From an uncultured Thermotogae bacterium (GTDB lineage Bacteria > Bipolaricaulota > Bipolaricaulia > UBA7950 > UBA9294): a stretch of 64,000 bases of DNA. Below, one piece after another: positions 32,918 to 41,196 of this stretch (within the stretch, counting starts at the first letter, position 1; every line of letters begins with the position of its first letter). A program made the position numbers and the translations under genes. The notes under the pieces are model-generated. The model did not search any database. It had not been told where the DNA came from and saw only the letters and a program-made list of their open reading frames with translations. The DNA lies in assembly GCA_964570515.1 (NCBI GenBank), contig CAZMYM010000003.1, forward strand, positions 24,697-88,696. The letters are read 5' to 3'.

Positions 32918-33406
32918 ATGAACAAGGGAAAGGTCTGGAAGTACGGCGACGACGTCAACACCGACGTCATCTTCCCGGGCAAGTACACCTACCAGCCGAT
33001 GGAGCCGGCCGAGATGGCGCAGCACGCGATGGAGGACCTCGACCCCGAATTCGCGAAGAGCGTGAAGAAGGGTGACATCATCGTCGCTGGCAAGAACTTC
33101 GGCTGCGGTTCGTCGCGTGAACAGGCGGCAACCTGCCTCAAGGCGGCCGGCGTCGCTGCGATCATCGCGCCTTCCTTCTCGAGGATCTTCTTCCGTAACG
33201 CGATCAACAGCGGCCTGCCGGTGATCGAGCTGGCCGAAGGGACGGACGCGATCGAGCAAGGCGACGAGATCGGCATCGACTTCGCCGCCGGCGTCGTCGA
33301 GCACGCCGGGAAGACCTACTCCTTCCCGCCGCTCCCGCCCGAGGTCCTCGCGATCCTCGAGGACGGCGGCCTGATCCCGCATGTGGTGAAGGTGCTGAGC
33401 CGGTGA
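32918..33406 (+). CDS. leuD: Aconitase-family hydratase small subunit (LeuD type)
   Basis: YGDDVNTDVIFPGKYTY, AGKNFGCGSSREQA, SFSRIFFRNAINSG. Confidence 0.88.
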   Translation: MNKGKVWKYGDDVNTDVIFPGKYTYQPMEPAEMAQHAMEDLDPEFAKSVKKGDIIVAGKNFGCGSSREQAATCLKAAGVAAIIAPSFSRIFFRNAINSGLPVIELAEGTDAIEQGDEIGIDFAAGVVEHAGKTYSFPPLPPEVLAILEDGGLIPHVVKVLSR

Positions 33407-33879
33407 TCGAATTCGAGCCGATCGGCGTCATCCACACGCCGTTCTCGAAACCTGAAGGCATGCCGATTCAGCCGGCCGGCGCGGTCGGCGTGAAGGGTAA
33501 AGTCGAGGTCTTCGAGGCGTACCGCGACGGTCTGGCCGACCTCGACGGGTTTTCGCACGTAATCCTTCTCTATCACCTGCACTTGAGTGAGGGGCACAAG
33601 CTGCGTGTCGTGCCGTTCATGGACACGGTGCCGCGTGGCGTCTTCTCGACGCGTGCCCCCAGGCGTCCGAATCCGATCGGCCTCTCGGTCGTACAGCTCG
33701 ATCGAATCGAGGACGGTGTGCTGTACGTGCAGAACGTCGACATGGTCGACGGCACGCCGCTGCTCGACATCAAGCCGTACATCCCGGAATTCGACCACCA
33801 GCCCGACATCCGTACCGGCTGGCTCGAGAAGGCCCGCAAGAACTTGTCCAACCGCCGATCGGACGATCGATTCGCATGA
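33403..33879 (+). CDS. trmO: TrmO/TsaA family tRNA methyltransferase
   Basis: PIGVIHTPF, GLADLDGFSHVILLYHLH, GVFSTRAPRRPNPIGLSVV, DGTPLLDIKPY. Confidence 0.9.
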   Translation: MIEFEPIGVIHTPFSKPEGMPIQPAGAVGVKGKVEVFEAYRDGLADLDGFSHVILLYHLHLSEGHKLRVVPFMDTVPRGVFSTRAPRRPNPIGLSVVQLDRIEDGVLYVQNVDMVDGTPLLDIKPYIPEFDHQPDIRTGWLEKARKNLSNRRSDDRFA

Positions 33880-33943
33880 GGCCCTCGCGATTCTCGAAGA
33901 CGGCGGCCTGATCCCGCATGTCCAGAAGGTGCTGGCTGGATAG
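33878..33943 (+). pseudogene. Orphan diverged copy of the leuD 3' end
   Basis: EALAILEDGGLIPHVQKVLAG* versus the leuD end EVLAILEDGGLIPHVVKVLSR* (33341-33406); both are 66 nt. Confidence 0.85.
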
Positions 33944-33952
33944 GACGCGGCC

Positions 33953-34069
33953 ATGAGTCACGAGCGGTTCGATGTCCAGATCACCAAGGGCGACGAGGTC
34001 CAGTACCTCCTCCAACGCGTCACCGGCAACTTCAAGCGCGGCAACGAACGACCCGTGGCAGGCTCATGA
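33953..34069 (+). CDS. Short ORF or gene fragment (38 aa)
   Basis: MSHERFDVQITKGDEVQYLLQRVTGNFKRGNERPVAGS* with host-like codon use; function unknown. Confidence 0.3.
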   Translation: MSHERFDVQITKGDEVQYLLQRVTGNFKRGNERPVAGS

Positions 34070-34264
34070 CCGGGTGCAGCGATTCCGAACCGCTTTGCCC
34101 GAATTCGGAGTTTCGCATTCTCACAGCCATGATTGGTTCCCTGTAAGCGGCGGGATCTCGCGCAGATTCAACATTGAATGTTCGATCTGCAAGCGCAAGA
34201 ACCGCTCGATTCACCACCCGAAGAAGTCCTGCGCCTCACAGGAACTCTTCTAGAGAACAGCCGT

Positions 34265-34790
34265 CTCGCGCCAAGACGCAGAGGCGCAGAGAAGGGCAAG
34301 AACGATGCGAGTGGCGGGAATGGGGTGGGTGGAATTTTCCACCCTTGCAGAGCATCCCCTTCCGTACGAACTGCAGTAGATCTGTTCCCTCTGCGTCTCA
34401 GCGCCTCTGCGGGAGAAAAGGGGTTCGGGCATTCCTTGAAAGGACAAGAGTCGACTCGCGCAGAGACGCGGAGGCGCAGAGAAGGGCAAAAACCGGAGAG
34501 ACGACAAGAATGAGTTGGGAAGCGCTCTCCTCAGCTCGCTGTTTCCGTGTGAGCTGTAGTGAAGTGGTCCCCCTCTGCGTCCCTGCGACTCTGCGGGAGA
34601 GAAGGTTCTGAGGTTCGAGGGCTTCCTTGAAGCAACAAGACCAGACTCGCGCAGAGCCGCAGAGGCGCAGAGAAGGGCTAAGGACGGTGCGAGCGACAAG
34701 AACGGATCGGCTACTACGCCAGTGGAACTCGCTTCTTCTCTATGGAACGCTTTAGTCGCCCCCCTCGGCGCCCCTGCGACTCTGCGCGAG
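34265..34790. repeat. Tandem array of three REP-doublet units, 190-191 bp period
   Basis: Forward copies at 34265, 34455 and 34646; inverted copies at 34387, 34571 and 34762. Interiors are unrelated (about 76-83 bp); linkers are related (TTCCTTGAA..ACAAGA). Confidence 0.9.
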
Positions 34791-35076
34791 AAAGGGGTCT
34801 GACGGTTCAGCTCCTGGTCGTCTCTGAGTACGCGCCCTGCAATGGTGAAAGCGAAGGAACCTCGCGATCCACCGCGCACGGGATTCCTCTGTCCGCGGGG
34901 AGTCATGCTTGATCAGACATGCTTCATGAACTTGCCCCACCAGCTTCATGGCAGTAGGATGGCGCGAGGATACCAATGTCAATATATGGGAATAGGAGAG
35001 GCGTCAGGGCTGATGAGGTCCCGGAAGACGCGAAAGGGGAAGTCGCGATGCTAGTGTGCAGGGCTGCACACTAATC

Positions 35077-35874
35077 ATGGTTCGAGCCAAGAATATGAGC
35101 ACATCACGCAACATCCTGAACCTGATGCGGGAGCATGAAAAGGCGTTCTCGAAGCGTTTCGCGTTCTACCTCGACGCCGCCGATGAGTTCATTTCGCTTC
35201 AGGGCCAGATGGGACTTGGAGTCCCTGCGATGGAACAACTCCCCGAGCACGACCAAAGCATTATCAAGACATATGTCTTTTTGGCGGAATCCAGCAACAC
35301 AACATGGGCTGCCGCATTACGCCTTCTGTCATCCGCGTTCGTTGCCTCCGCACACGGATTGGTCCGTGTTCTCTACGAGACGGCAGCGTTGCTGCATTAC
35401 GGCAATTCGTCTCCGCCTGACACACGAACTGAGCTGCACCGTTCGATGTTCCAATCGGGTCTGCCGGAGCAGGAACACCGAAAAGCGGAGTGGCGCTTCA
35501 CCCGAAAAGCCATGGCTTTGCTTGAGAAACAACATCCCGACCTTGTGTCAGTTCACCAAGAACTGAACAACTTCGGCGGCCACATCTCCCGCGCAAGAGT
35601 CGTGTTGAGTAACATCACAGCCATGGGGAACTCGTCGGCTTCGCGGGTATTCTTCCCAAACTGGTCAGACAATCGCTATCTCGCCGGAATGGATATGCTC
35701 CTGCACGTAAGCACGTTGATCCTCGAAGAGTACGCTGTGTTGCACGAAGCGTACGGCGGTGTCACGCCCGAGGTGCGCGCCAAGGTCAAAGCACTTGCAG
35801 GGACTTACTCGACAACTGTGCGGCCACGACTTCAAGCAATGATCAAGACATCGGCGGCTCGAACAAAACCCTGA
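35077..35874 (+). CDS. Hypothetical helical protein (possibly DUF5677-like); probable gene cassette
   Basis: Long ORF with more A/T-ending codons than its neighbours; LVRVLYE motif; stop codon lies inside an attC-like site. Start uncertain (35077 or 35095). Confidence 0.7.
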   Translation: MVRAKNMSTSRNILNLMREHEKAFSKRFAFYLDAADEFISLQGQMGLGVPAMEQLPEHDQSIIKTYVFLAESSNTTWAAALRLLSSAFVASAHGLVRVLYETAALLHYGNSSPPDTRTELHRSMFQSGLPEQEHRKAEWRFTRKAMALLEKQHPDLVSVHQELNNFGGHISRARVVLSNITAMGNSSASRVFFPNWSDNRYLAGMDMLLHVSTLILEEYAVLHEAYGGVTPEVRAKVKALAGTYSTTVRPRLQAMIKTSAARTKP

Positions 35875-35925
35875 ACCGTACCGTTGACAGCCGCGCAGAC
35901 GCGTCTGCCAGCGTCCGGTTAGGGC
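35869..35925 (+). mobile_element. Short attC-like site 1 (57 bp)
   Basis: CCCTGAAC...GTTAGGGC ends; imperfect hairpin CGTTGACAG / CTGCCAGCG with a central CGCG-CAGA-CGCG stem. Confidence 0.5.
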
Positions 35926-35949
35926 GGGCGTCCTCGGGCAGCTTGCGCC

Positions 35950-36034
35950 CTCGAACTAGCGGAACCAGCGGACAGTCGCCCACGCGAGCAAGCTCGCGCG
36001 TCCGCCTGCCACTGATCCGCAGCCACGTTAGACC
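35950..36034 (+). mobile_element. attC site 2
   Basis: R'' CTCGAAC, L'' GCGGAACCAGCGG pairing with L' CCACTGATCCGC (one extra base), central ACGCGAGC-AA-GCTCGCGCGT stem, R' GTTAGAC. Confidence 0.72.
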
Positions 36035-36079
36035 GCGCGCATCTCTGGGACAGGCAAGTTACAGGAGAAGGAGGCAAGC

Positions 36080-37390
36080 GTGCCCAAGGTGAATCCGTTC
36101 AAGCCCTTCTCGCCAGTTCCTCACGGGCTGTTCGTTGGCCGCATCCGAGAGATTGACTGTCTAGAGGCACATCTAGCCCAGACGAAGGCGGGACACCCTT
36201 CCAGCTTCATGGTCACTGGAGAGCGGGGCATTGGAAAGTCCTCCCTGCTTCTGTTCGTGAGGTTTGTCGCTCAGGGTGGAATGGACGTCGACGGAGGTAA
36301 GCTCAACTACCTCGTCATCGATACTGATATCGATGCCAGGACGACTCAGTTCGGTCTTGTCCGCAAGATTGAATTCGGTCTCCGTTCGGCCCTGGCCAAG
36401 TCGGAGCCGGCTCGAGAGTTTCTGAAGAAGACGTGGGAGTTCCTCCAGCGGATCCAGGTCCAGGGCACCGGGTTCAAGTCGGACGCAGGCCAGAAGTCCG
36501 ATGAACTCATGCTTGAGGAGTTCTCCTATTCGCTAGCACAGACCTGCGATAGAGTCTGCGGAGTCACGGAAGACGGTGCCGACTTCGGATCAACACACGA
36601 CGGAGTCCTCATCCTGATCGATGAAGCAGACAACGCGTCGAAGGACCTCCAATTGGGCTCCTTCCTGAAGCTCCTGAATGAGCGACTCCAGAGAAGGGGG
36701 TGTGACCGCGTGATGTTCGGACTTGCCGGCCTCAGCGGTCTGAGAGATGTTCTCAGGACGAGTCACCCGTCGTCGCTGCGGATGTTCGAGGAACTCCCAC
36801 TTGATCGCCTGTCCAATACGGAAGTCGGGCGCGTCGTCGAACTATGTCTGAAGCGCGCGAACGAGACAGCCGATCCACAGATTGAGATTACCTCGGAGGC
36901 AGAAGAGATACTCGTGCTGCTAGCAGAAGGGTATCCCCATTTCATCCAGCAGTTCGGATACTCGGCGTTCGCTGTAGACTCTGACGATATCATCGACGGG
37001 GATGATGTGCGAGGTGGAGCACTCGGCAAGGGCGGCGCACTCGAGCGGATCGGCGACCGCTACTACCGTGACGATTTCTACAACAGAATTCAGAAGGACA
37101 ACTATCGTCAAGTGCTTCGGATCATGGCAGACAGCCTTGATGACTGGGTTACCAAGCAGGCTATACGCGACAGGTTCAAGGGGAAGCAGAGTGCCCTGGA
37201 CAACGCGATATACGCTCTCCGTGATCGCCACATAATCCAGTCCAAGGAGGGAGTCCGGGGGGTCTACCGGCTTCGGCACAAGGGGTTCGCTCTCTGGATC
37301 AAGTACTACACGACCGACCCTGATGATGTGCAGCAGACCTTGAATGGAGACGGCGATGGGGTGGCCGAGGGCGGGACGGATACCGAGTGA
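36080..37390 (+). CDS. Stand-alone AAA/STAND-like ATPase carried as a gene cassette
   Basis: NPF..FVGR N-terminus, Walker A GERGIGKS, Walker B LILIDEAD, GYPHFIQ, probable C-terminal winged helix. Confidence 0.85.
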   Translation: MPKVNPFKPFSPVPHGLFVGRIREIDCLEAHLAQTKAGHPSSFMVTGERGIGKSSLLLFVRFVAQGGMDVDGGKLNYLVIDTDIDARTTQFGLVRKIEFGLRSALAKSEPAREFLKKTWEFLQRIQVQGTGFKSDAGQKSDELMLEEFSYSLAQTCDRVCGVTEDGADFGSTHDGVLILIDEADNASKDLQLGSFLKLLNERLQRRGCDRVMFGLAGLSGLRDVLRTSHPSSLRMFEELPLDRLSNTEVGRVVELCLKRANETADPQIEITSEAEEILVLLAEGYPHFIQQFGYSAFAVDSDDIIDGDDVRGGALGKGGALERIGDRYYRDDFYNRIQKDNYRQVLRIMADSLDDWVTKQAIRDRFKGKQSALDNAIYALRDRHIIQSKEGVRGVYRLRHKGFALWIKYYTTDPDDVQQTLNGDGDGVAEGGTDTE

Positions 37391-37398
37391 TGGCACGC

Positions 37399-37501
37399 GG
37401 TCTAACTAGCGTATGCACCCGGCGAGCTTGGCTGTCACGCCGGCCGCATTCGCACCCGTCGCGCTAGCCTGGCGCTCGCGGGTGATACGCGTTCATTAGG
37501 C
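37399..37501 (+). mobile_element. attC site 3
   Basis: R'' GGTCTAAC is the exact complement of GTTAGACC at the cassette start (36027). L'' CGTAT[G]CACCCG pairs with L' CGGGTGATACG leaving an extrahelical G. R' is ATTAGGC. Confidence 0.82.
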
Positions 37502-37527
37502 CCATCAAGCGAGGCTGGGGAGGCGTG

Positions 37528-37593
37528 ATGAACGGAGCGGTTTGGGGCTTCATCGGCACGCTCGCGGGAGCCGTCGTCGCGCGAGGCTAGGGT
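37528..37593 (+). pseudogene. Truncated ORF immediately after attC 3
   Basis: GGAGG RBS, then MMNGAVWGFIGTLAGAVVARG*; looks like a membrane-protein N-terminus with an early stop. Confidence 0.35.
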
Positions 37594-37666
37594 CAGGTCC
37601 TGCAATGCAGCACTAGGTTCTAGCAGATCGCTGCTCGCGTGATTAAAGCGGGAAGAGGGCAGAGAA

Positions 37667-37765
37667 GTGAGGCTCGACGAGCAGGACCACAAGACCCTGG
37701 TGCTCTGGGTCGCTGACTGCGCTGATCCTGGGAACTCGCGGAAAGACCTGCGAGTTCCCAGGATC
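37667..37765 (+). pseudogene. N-terminal fragment resembling Imm5-like/putative immunity proteins, interrupted by a 16-bp perfect inverted repeat
   Basis: MRLDEQDHKTLVLWVADCA, then GATCCTGGGAACTCGC-10 nt-GCGAGTTCCCAGGATC (37724-37765). Confidence 0.45.
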
Positions 37766-37939
37766 CGTAATGAGACTTGTCCAGGTCTGAGAAGCAGCAT
37801 CCACTGCGCATGCTGTCGCCACGGAACGCGACTGGCAAGTCCGAAGCCTTCCCGAGCATCTTCGATCCTTCGCGTGACCGTCCGGTGATTCGTTCTACTC
37901 CAGCCCCCGCTGTGTCACGCAAGTCCGTGTTTCGCTTGG

Positions 37940-37980
37940 TTGACGCGCCGGGAGTCTCGTTGTATCTTCAATGTGTATAC
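37940..37980 (+). promoter_or_regulatory. mazEF promoter with overlapping imperfect palindrome (likely autoregulatory operator)
   Basis: TTGACG-17 nt-TATCTT; GTATCTTCAATGTGTATAC overlaps the -10. Confidence 0.6.
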
Positions 37981-37992
37981 GGGAGGTGTCGC

Positions 37993-38235
37993 ATGAAAGT
38001 TCAAGTTCGGAAATGGGGCAACAGCCTGGCAGTGAGAATCCCGAAGACGTTTGCCGCAGATCTTGGAGTCGCTCAGGACTCGTCGGTGGAGCTGAGCGTC
38101 GAAGACGGCTGCCTACTCATTCGACCATCGGTTGCCCCGAGGTACGAGCTTGCGGCACTGCTGGCTTCCGTGACTCCCAAGAACGTGCACACCGAAATCG
38201 ACCTTGGCTCGGCGATGGGGAAAGAGACGTGGTAG
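37993..38235 (+). CDS. mazE: AbrB/MazE antitoxin
   Basis: MKVQVRKWGNSLAVRIPK...YELAALLASVT...GKETW. Confidence 0.92.
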   Translation: MKVQVRKWGNSLAVRIPKTFAADLGVAQDSSVELSVEDGCLLIRPSVAPRYELAALLASVTPKNVHTEIDLGSAMGKETW

Positions 38236-38570
38236 CGCAGGATGCCGCGCCGGACCGAGGTGACATCGTCTGGATCAGCCTCAACCCCCAGGCAGGTCAT
38301 GAACAGGCAGGCAGGCGGCCGGTCTTGATCCTTTCTCCCGAGGCGTACAACCGGAAGGTTGGGCTCGCCCTCTGTTGTCCGATCACCGGCCAGCGAAAGG
38401 GCTATCCGTTTGAGGTCGATCTGCCAGCCGAAGGGGCAGTGTCTGGGGTGATCCTGGCCGACCAAGTGAAGTGCCTGGACTGGCGAGCGCGACAAGCCGA
38501 CATCCATGGATCAGCTCCGATCGATGTTGTGAACGAGGCTCTAGGCAAACTGGCGTCGCTCCTGCAATAG
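38229..38570 (+). CDS. mazF: MazF/PemK endoribonuclease toxin
   Basis: PDRGDIVWISLNPQAGHEQAGRRPVLILSP..YN, CPIT, YPFEV, LADQVKCLDW. Confidence 0.93.
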   Translation: MVAQDAAPDRGDIVWISLNPQAGHEQAGRRPVLILSPEAYNRKVGLALCCPITGQRKGYPFEVDLPAEGAVSGVILADQVKCLDWRARQADIHGSAPIDVVNEALGKLASLLQ

Positions 38571-38888
38571 GGATGAGAACGGGAACTCGAGTGACGGCCT
38601 CGGGTTCCGTGGAGAATCGGGATTGACACCCGATTCCCTCGCTGGATCCGAATTGACACGTGCGCCGGGTGCGCTCAACGAGGCGCCCCGCTGCCGTGCG
38701 CCAGACGGCTACGCTGCCACCGCAGCCAGCGACGCCGCCACGGAACGAGTAGCAGGTTCGGCATCTTGCGAACCACCTTCGGTCCGTGGAGTGATCGCCA
38801 CTCGGAAGAAGCCTTATCATGTCGCAGAAATCCGGCACTTGGCTGCATCGCGAGAGCGCGGACCGGAAGTAAGGATGAGGAGGCAGAG

Positions 38889-39365
38889 ATGAGGGATTCG
38901 CTGCGCACGGGCGTTTCGTTCGGGCTCACGTCGGCCGTAATTACCACGCTCGGACTGATGGTCGGCCTGCACTCCGGCACGGGATCGAAGCTGGTCGTTC
39001 TGGGAGGCGTGCTCACGATCGCCATCGCCGATGCCTTCTCCGATGCGCTTGGCATTCACGTTTCGGAGGAATCGGAGAACGTTCACACGACGCGGCAAAT
39101 CTGGAGCGCCACCATCGCGACGTTCTTGGCGAAATTCGTCTTCGCGTTGACCTTCATCGTGCCGGTCCTTCTTCTGTCGCTCTCGACGGCGGTTGTGGTC
39201 AGTGTCGTGTGGGGATTGTCGATTCTTGCGATTCTGAGCTACTTCATGGCTCGGACCCAGGGCGAGCGTCCGTGGAAGATCATCGGAGAGCATGTCCTGA
39301 TTGCCGTTGTAGTCATTGCCATCACCTACTGGGTCGGGCAGTGGGTGTCTACACTCGCAGCATGA
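38889..39365 (+). CDS. VIT1/CCC1-like membrane protein
   Basis: SFGLTSAVITTLGL...IAIADAFSDALGIHVSEES; about five TM segments. Confidence 0.78.
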   Translation: MRDSLRTGVSFGLTSAVITTLGLMVGLHSGTGSKLVVLGGVLTIAIADAFSDALGIHVSEESENVHTTRQIWSATIATFLAKFVFALTFIVPVLLLSLSTAVVVSVVWGLSILAILSYFMARTQGERPWKIIGEHVLIAVVVIAITYWVGQWVSTLAA

Positions 39366-39402
39366 AGCCGAAGCGATGGACAGGAATGAAGGAGGAAGCA
39401 TC

Positions 39403-39840
39403 ATGAAAGTACCGCAGGCGATCAGCGTTGACGAGGTTCGGAGGGTGTGCGAAGAACTGGGGATACAGGACTGGGCTCTGCTTGCGGAGGCCAGCGTTTC
39501 GATCGCAGAGGCGGAGAGGATTCTTGCCGTAGTGAACGTGAGCGGGATGCCGATCAAGGCCGAGACTTTTCGTCAAGGGCTCGAAGTCGAGCTCGAACAC
39601 GGCACTCGGTTTGCCGACGCCAATGTCACGAACAACCATCCACTCCTGACCGGAATGATCGTACTGGCGCATCTGAAGGAATCGCTCGACTACTACCTCC
39701 GGCTCGATGTGGCCGAGATCGAGGGGGACGTCCTGAAGGCCATCATCGCCAAGGACCCGGAGAGACTGCGAACCAAGTACAACAAACTCACCGCCGCGCG
39801 ATGCGCGCTGGCCGAAGCCGAGGCCGAAGCGCTTCGATGA
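39403..39840 (+). CDS. DUF5661-like protein
   Basis: FRQGLEVELEHG..NVTNN..LLTGMIVLAHLKE..DYY.RL. Confidence 0.72.
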   Translation: MKVPQAISVDEVRRVCEELGIQDWALLAEASVSIAEAERILAVVNVSGMPIKAETFRQGLEVELEHGTRFADANVTNNHPLLTGMIVLAHLKESLDYYLRLDVAEIEGDVLKAIIAKDPERLRTKYNKLTAARCALAEAEAEALR

Positions 39841-39910
39841 TGTGACATCCGCGCGATGCGGATTTCGAACTCGCGGGGTCCATGGCGCCAAATACGGCAA
39901 GGAGAACGCG

Positions 39911-40285
39911 ATGCGCGAGTACGAGATCGAGCTCGAGATCTTCGAGGGCAAGGGCGGGCGGAGCACGGACGTGACGTACCCGAACTTCGTGAAGGAAGGG
40001 ATCTGCGTCTGGATGTTCGACGACGAAGAAGAGCCTGAGAAGAAGGTCGGCGACACCTTCCAATATCCCGATGACGTGGGCAAGCTCTGTCCCTGGCTCG
40101 TCGACAGCCTGACGGGCTTCCTCCGCGCGCTCGAGAACGGCGGGACGCTTCCGTGGCGGTATCGCGGCACGCCGTACGAGAAGGCGATCGATCCCGACGG
40201 CGTGACAACAGAGTTCGTCCGATGCCCCGATCCGACCGCGTGCGGAATCGTCATGAAGATCATGAGGTCCGCGCTGCCGGAGTGA
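39911..40285 (+). CDS. TIGR04076-like cysteine-containing small protein
   Basis: GDTF.YP...LCPW...RCPDP...IVMKI pattern. Confidence 0.6.
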   Translation: MREYEIELEIFEGKGGRSTDVTYPNFVKEGICVWMFDDEEEPEKKVGDTFQYPDDVGKLCPWLVDSLTGFLRALENGGTLPWRYRGTPYEKAIDPDGVTTEFVRCPDPTACGIVMKIMRSALPE

Positions 40286-40393
40286 CAGCACTTGGCGTCT
40301 CGCATGGGCAGGCGGCTCTCGTGTTGGGAAGCGAGCTGCCTATTCCATCGCCTATCGAGAGAGGACCGCGCGCGGCTGCCTCGCGGCCCGAGG

Positions 40394-40801
40394 TCAGCGG
40401 CGTATCGGCTTCACCGCGCACGAAGTGCAGGGCTCTGCGGTCCAGGCGGTGAGGAGCCCGTCCTCGAAGCGCATGATCTCCTCGCCGTAGCGAGACGAGC
40501 GATAGGTCCACTCCTCGTACGTCGAGTCGTCGCCGCTCGATCTCTTGACGCTGCTCGGCTCGCCCAGACTGGCGAGGATCATCTCTTGCGTCATGCCGAC
40601 CCAGATCTCTTCTCGGACGACCCGCTCGCAGTCGAGGCGAGCCCAGTTCGGATGGCCTTCCTGGCACGCATCGACTTGACGTTCGAATGCAGCGTTCAGC
40701 GCGCCCCAGGGGGACGGGGCATCCGGGTCGAGTCCCGTGAGTGCCAAGATGCCCAGCAGGGCGATCGCGAGAACGATCAACAGCGGTTTCAGACTGGCCA
40801 T
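40394..40801 (-). CDS. Exported hypothetical protein with a SmpA/OmlA-like segment and terminal CxxC
   Basis: N-terminal hydrophobic helix, IWVGMTQEMILASLGEP..EEWTY..F.DG, ends PCTSCAVKPIRR. Confidence 0.65.
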   Translation of the reverse strand: MASLKPLLIVLAIALLGILALTGLDPDAPSPWGALNAAFERQVDACQEGHPNWARLDCERVVREEIWVGMTQEMILASLGEPSSVKRSSGDDSTYEEWTYRSSRYGEEIMRFEDGLLTAWTAEPCTSCAVKPIRR

Positions 40802-40986
40802 CGTCGTGACACTCCCTTCCGTGCGGTCGCTGATTCTACCAGCCTCTGTGGTGACCGCCAGCCGGGAAACGGAGGCTGGCGGCTTCCAAGGCAAAGACGT
40901 CATACGAATTCGCTTCGTGCTGCCTCCCGGGATGAGCGTTGCGCCTCCGAAATCCGTATCATCAGATGCTAAAAGGAGTCAATGGA

Positions 40987-41196
40987 ATGGAACAGAAGCC
41001 GAGCGGCCAAAGGCCCAAGGCGGTCATTGCACACTACCTGTGGCTCCTCTCACTCAGCTGCGGAATCGCCATCGGTGCCGGTATTGGTGCAGCCACCGAT
41101 AGCATCGGTGCAGGGATAGCCATCGGCACGGGGGCCGGCGTCGCGATTGGACTGCTGCTCTACCGACGGTTCAAGGACAGCCCCGACACGAGTTAG
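40987..41196 (+). CDS. Small glycine-zipper membrane protein
   Basis: GIAIGAGIGAATDSIGAGIAIGTGAGVAIG; RBS AAGGAG upstream. Confidence 0.7.
   Translation: MEQKPSGQRPKAVIAHYLWLLSLSCGIAIGAGIGAATDSIGAGIAIGTGAGVAIGLLLYRRFKDSPDTS

Noticed and set aside
31388-33406. Leucine biosynthesis operon
   Set aside because: No leuA or leuB nearby; context and the small-subunit loop point to another substrate. The leuC/leuD symbols denote family only.
34265-34790. CRISPR array
   Set aside because: 190-bp period with alternating inverted copies and degenerate repeats does not fit CRISPR architecture.
34174-34906. ORFs across the repeat array (for example RRDAEAQR-containing)
   Set aside because: They are translations of the repeats on both strands, with no RBS or domain features.
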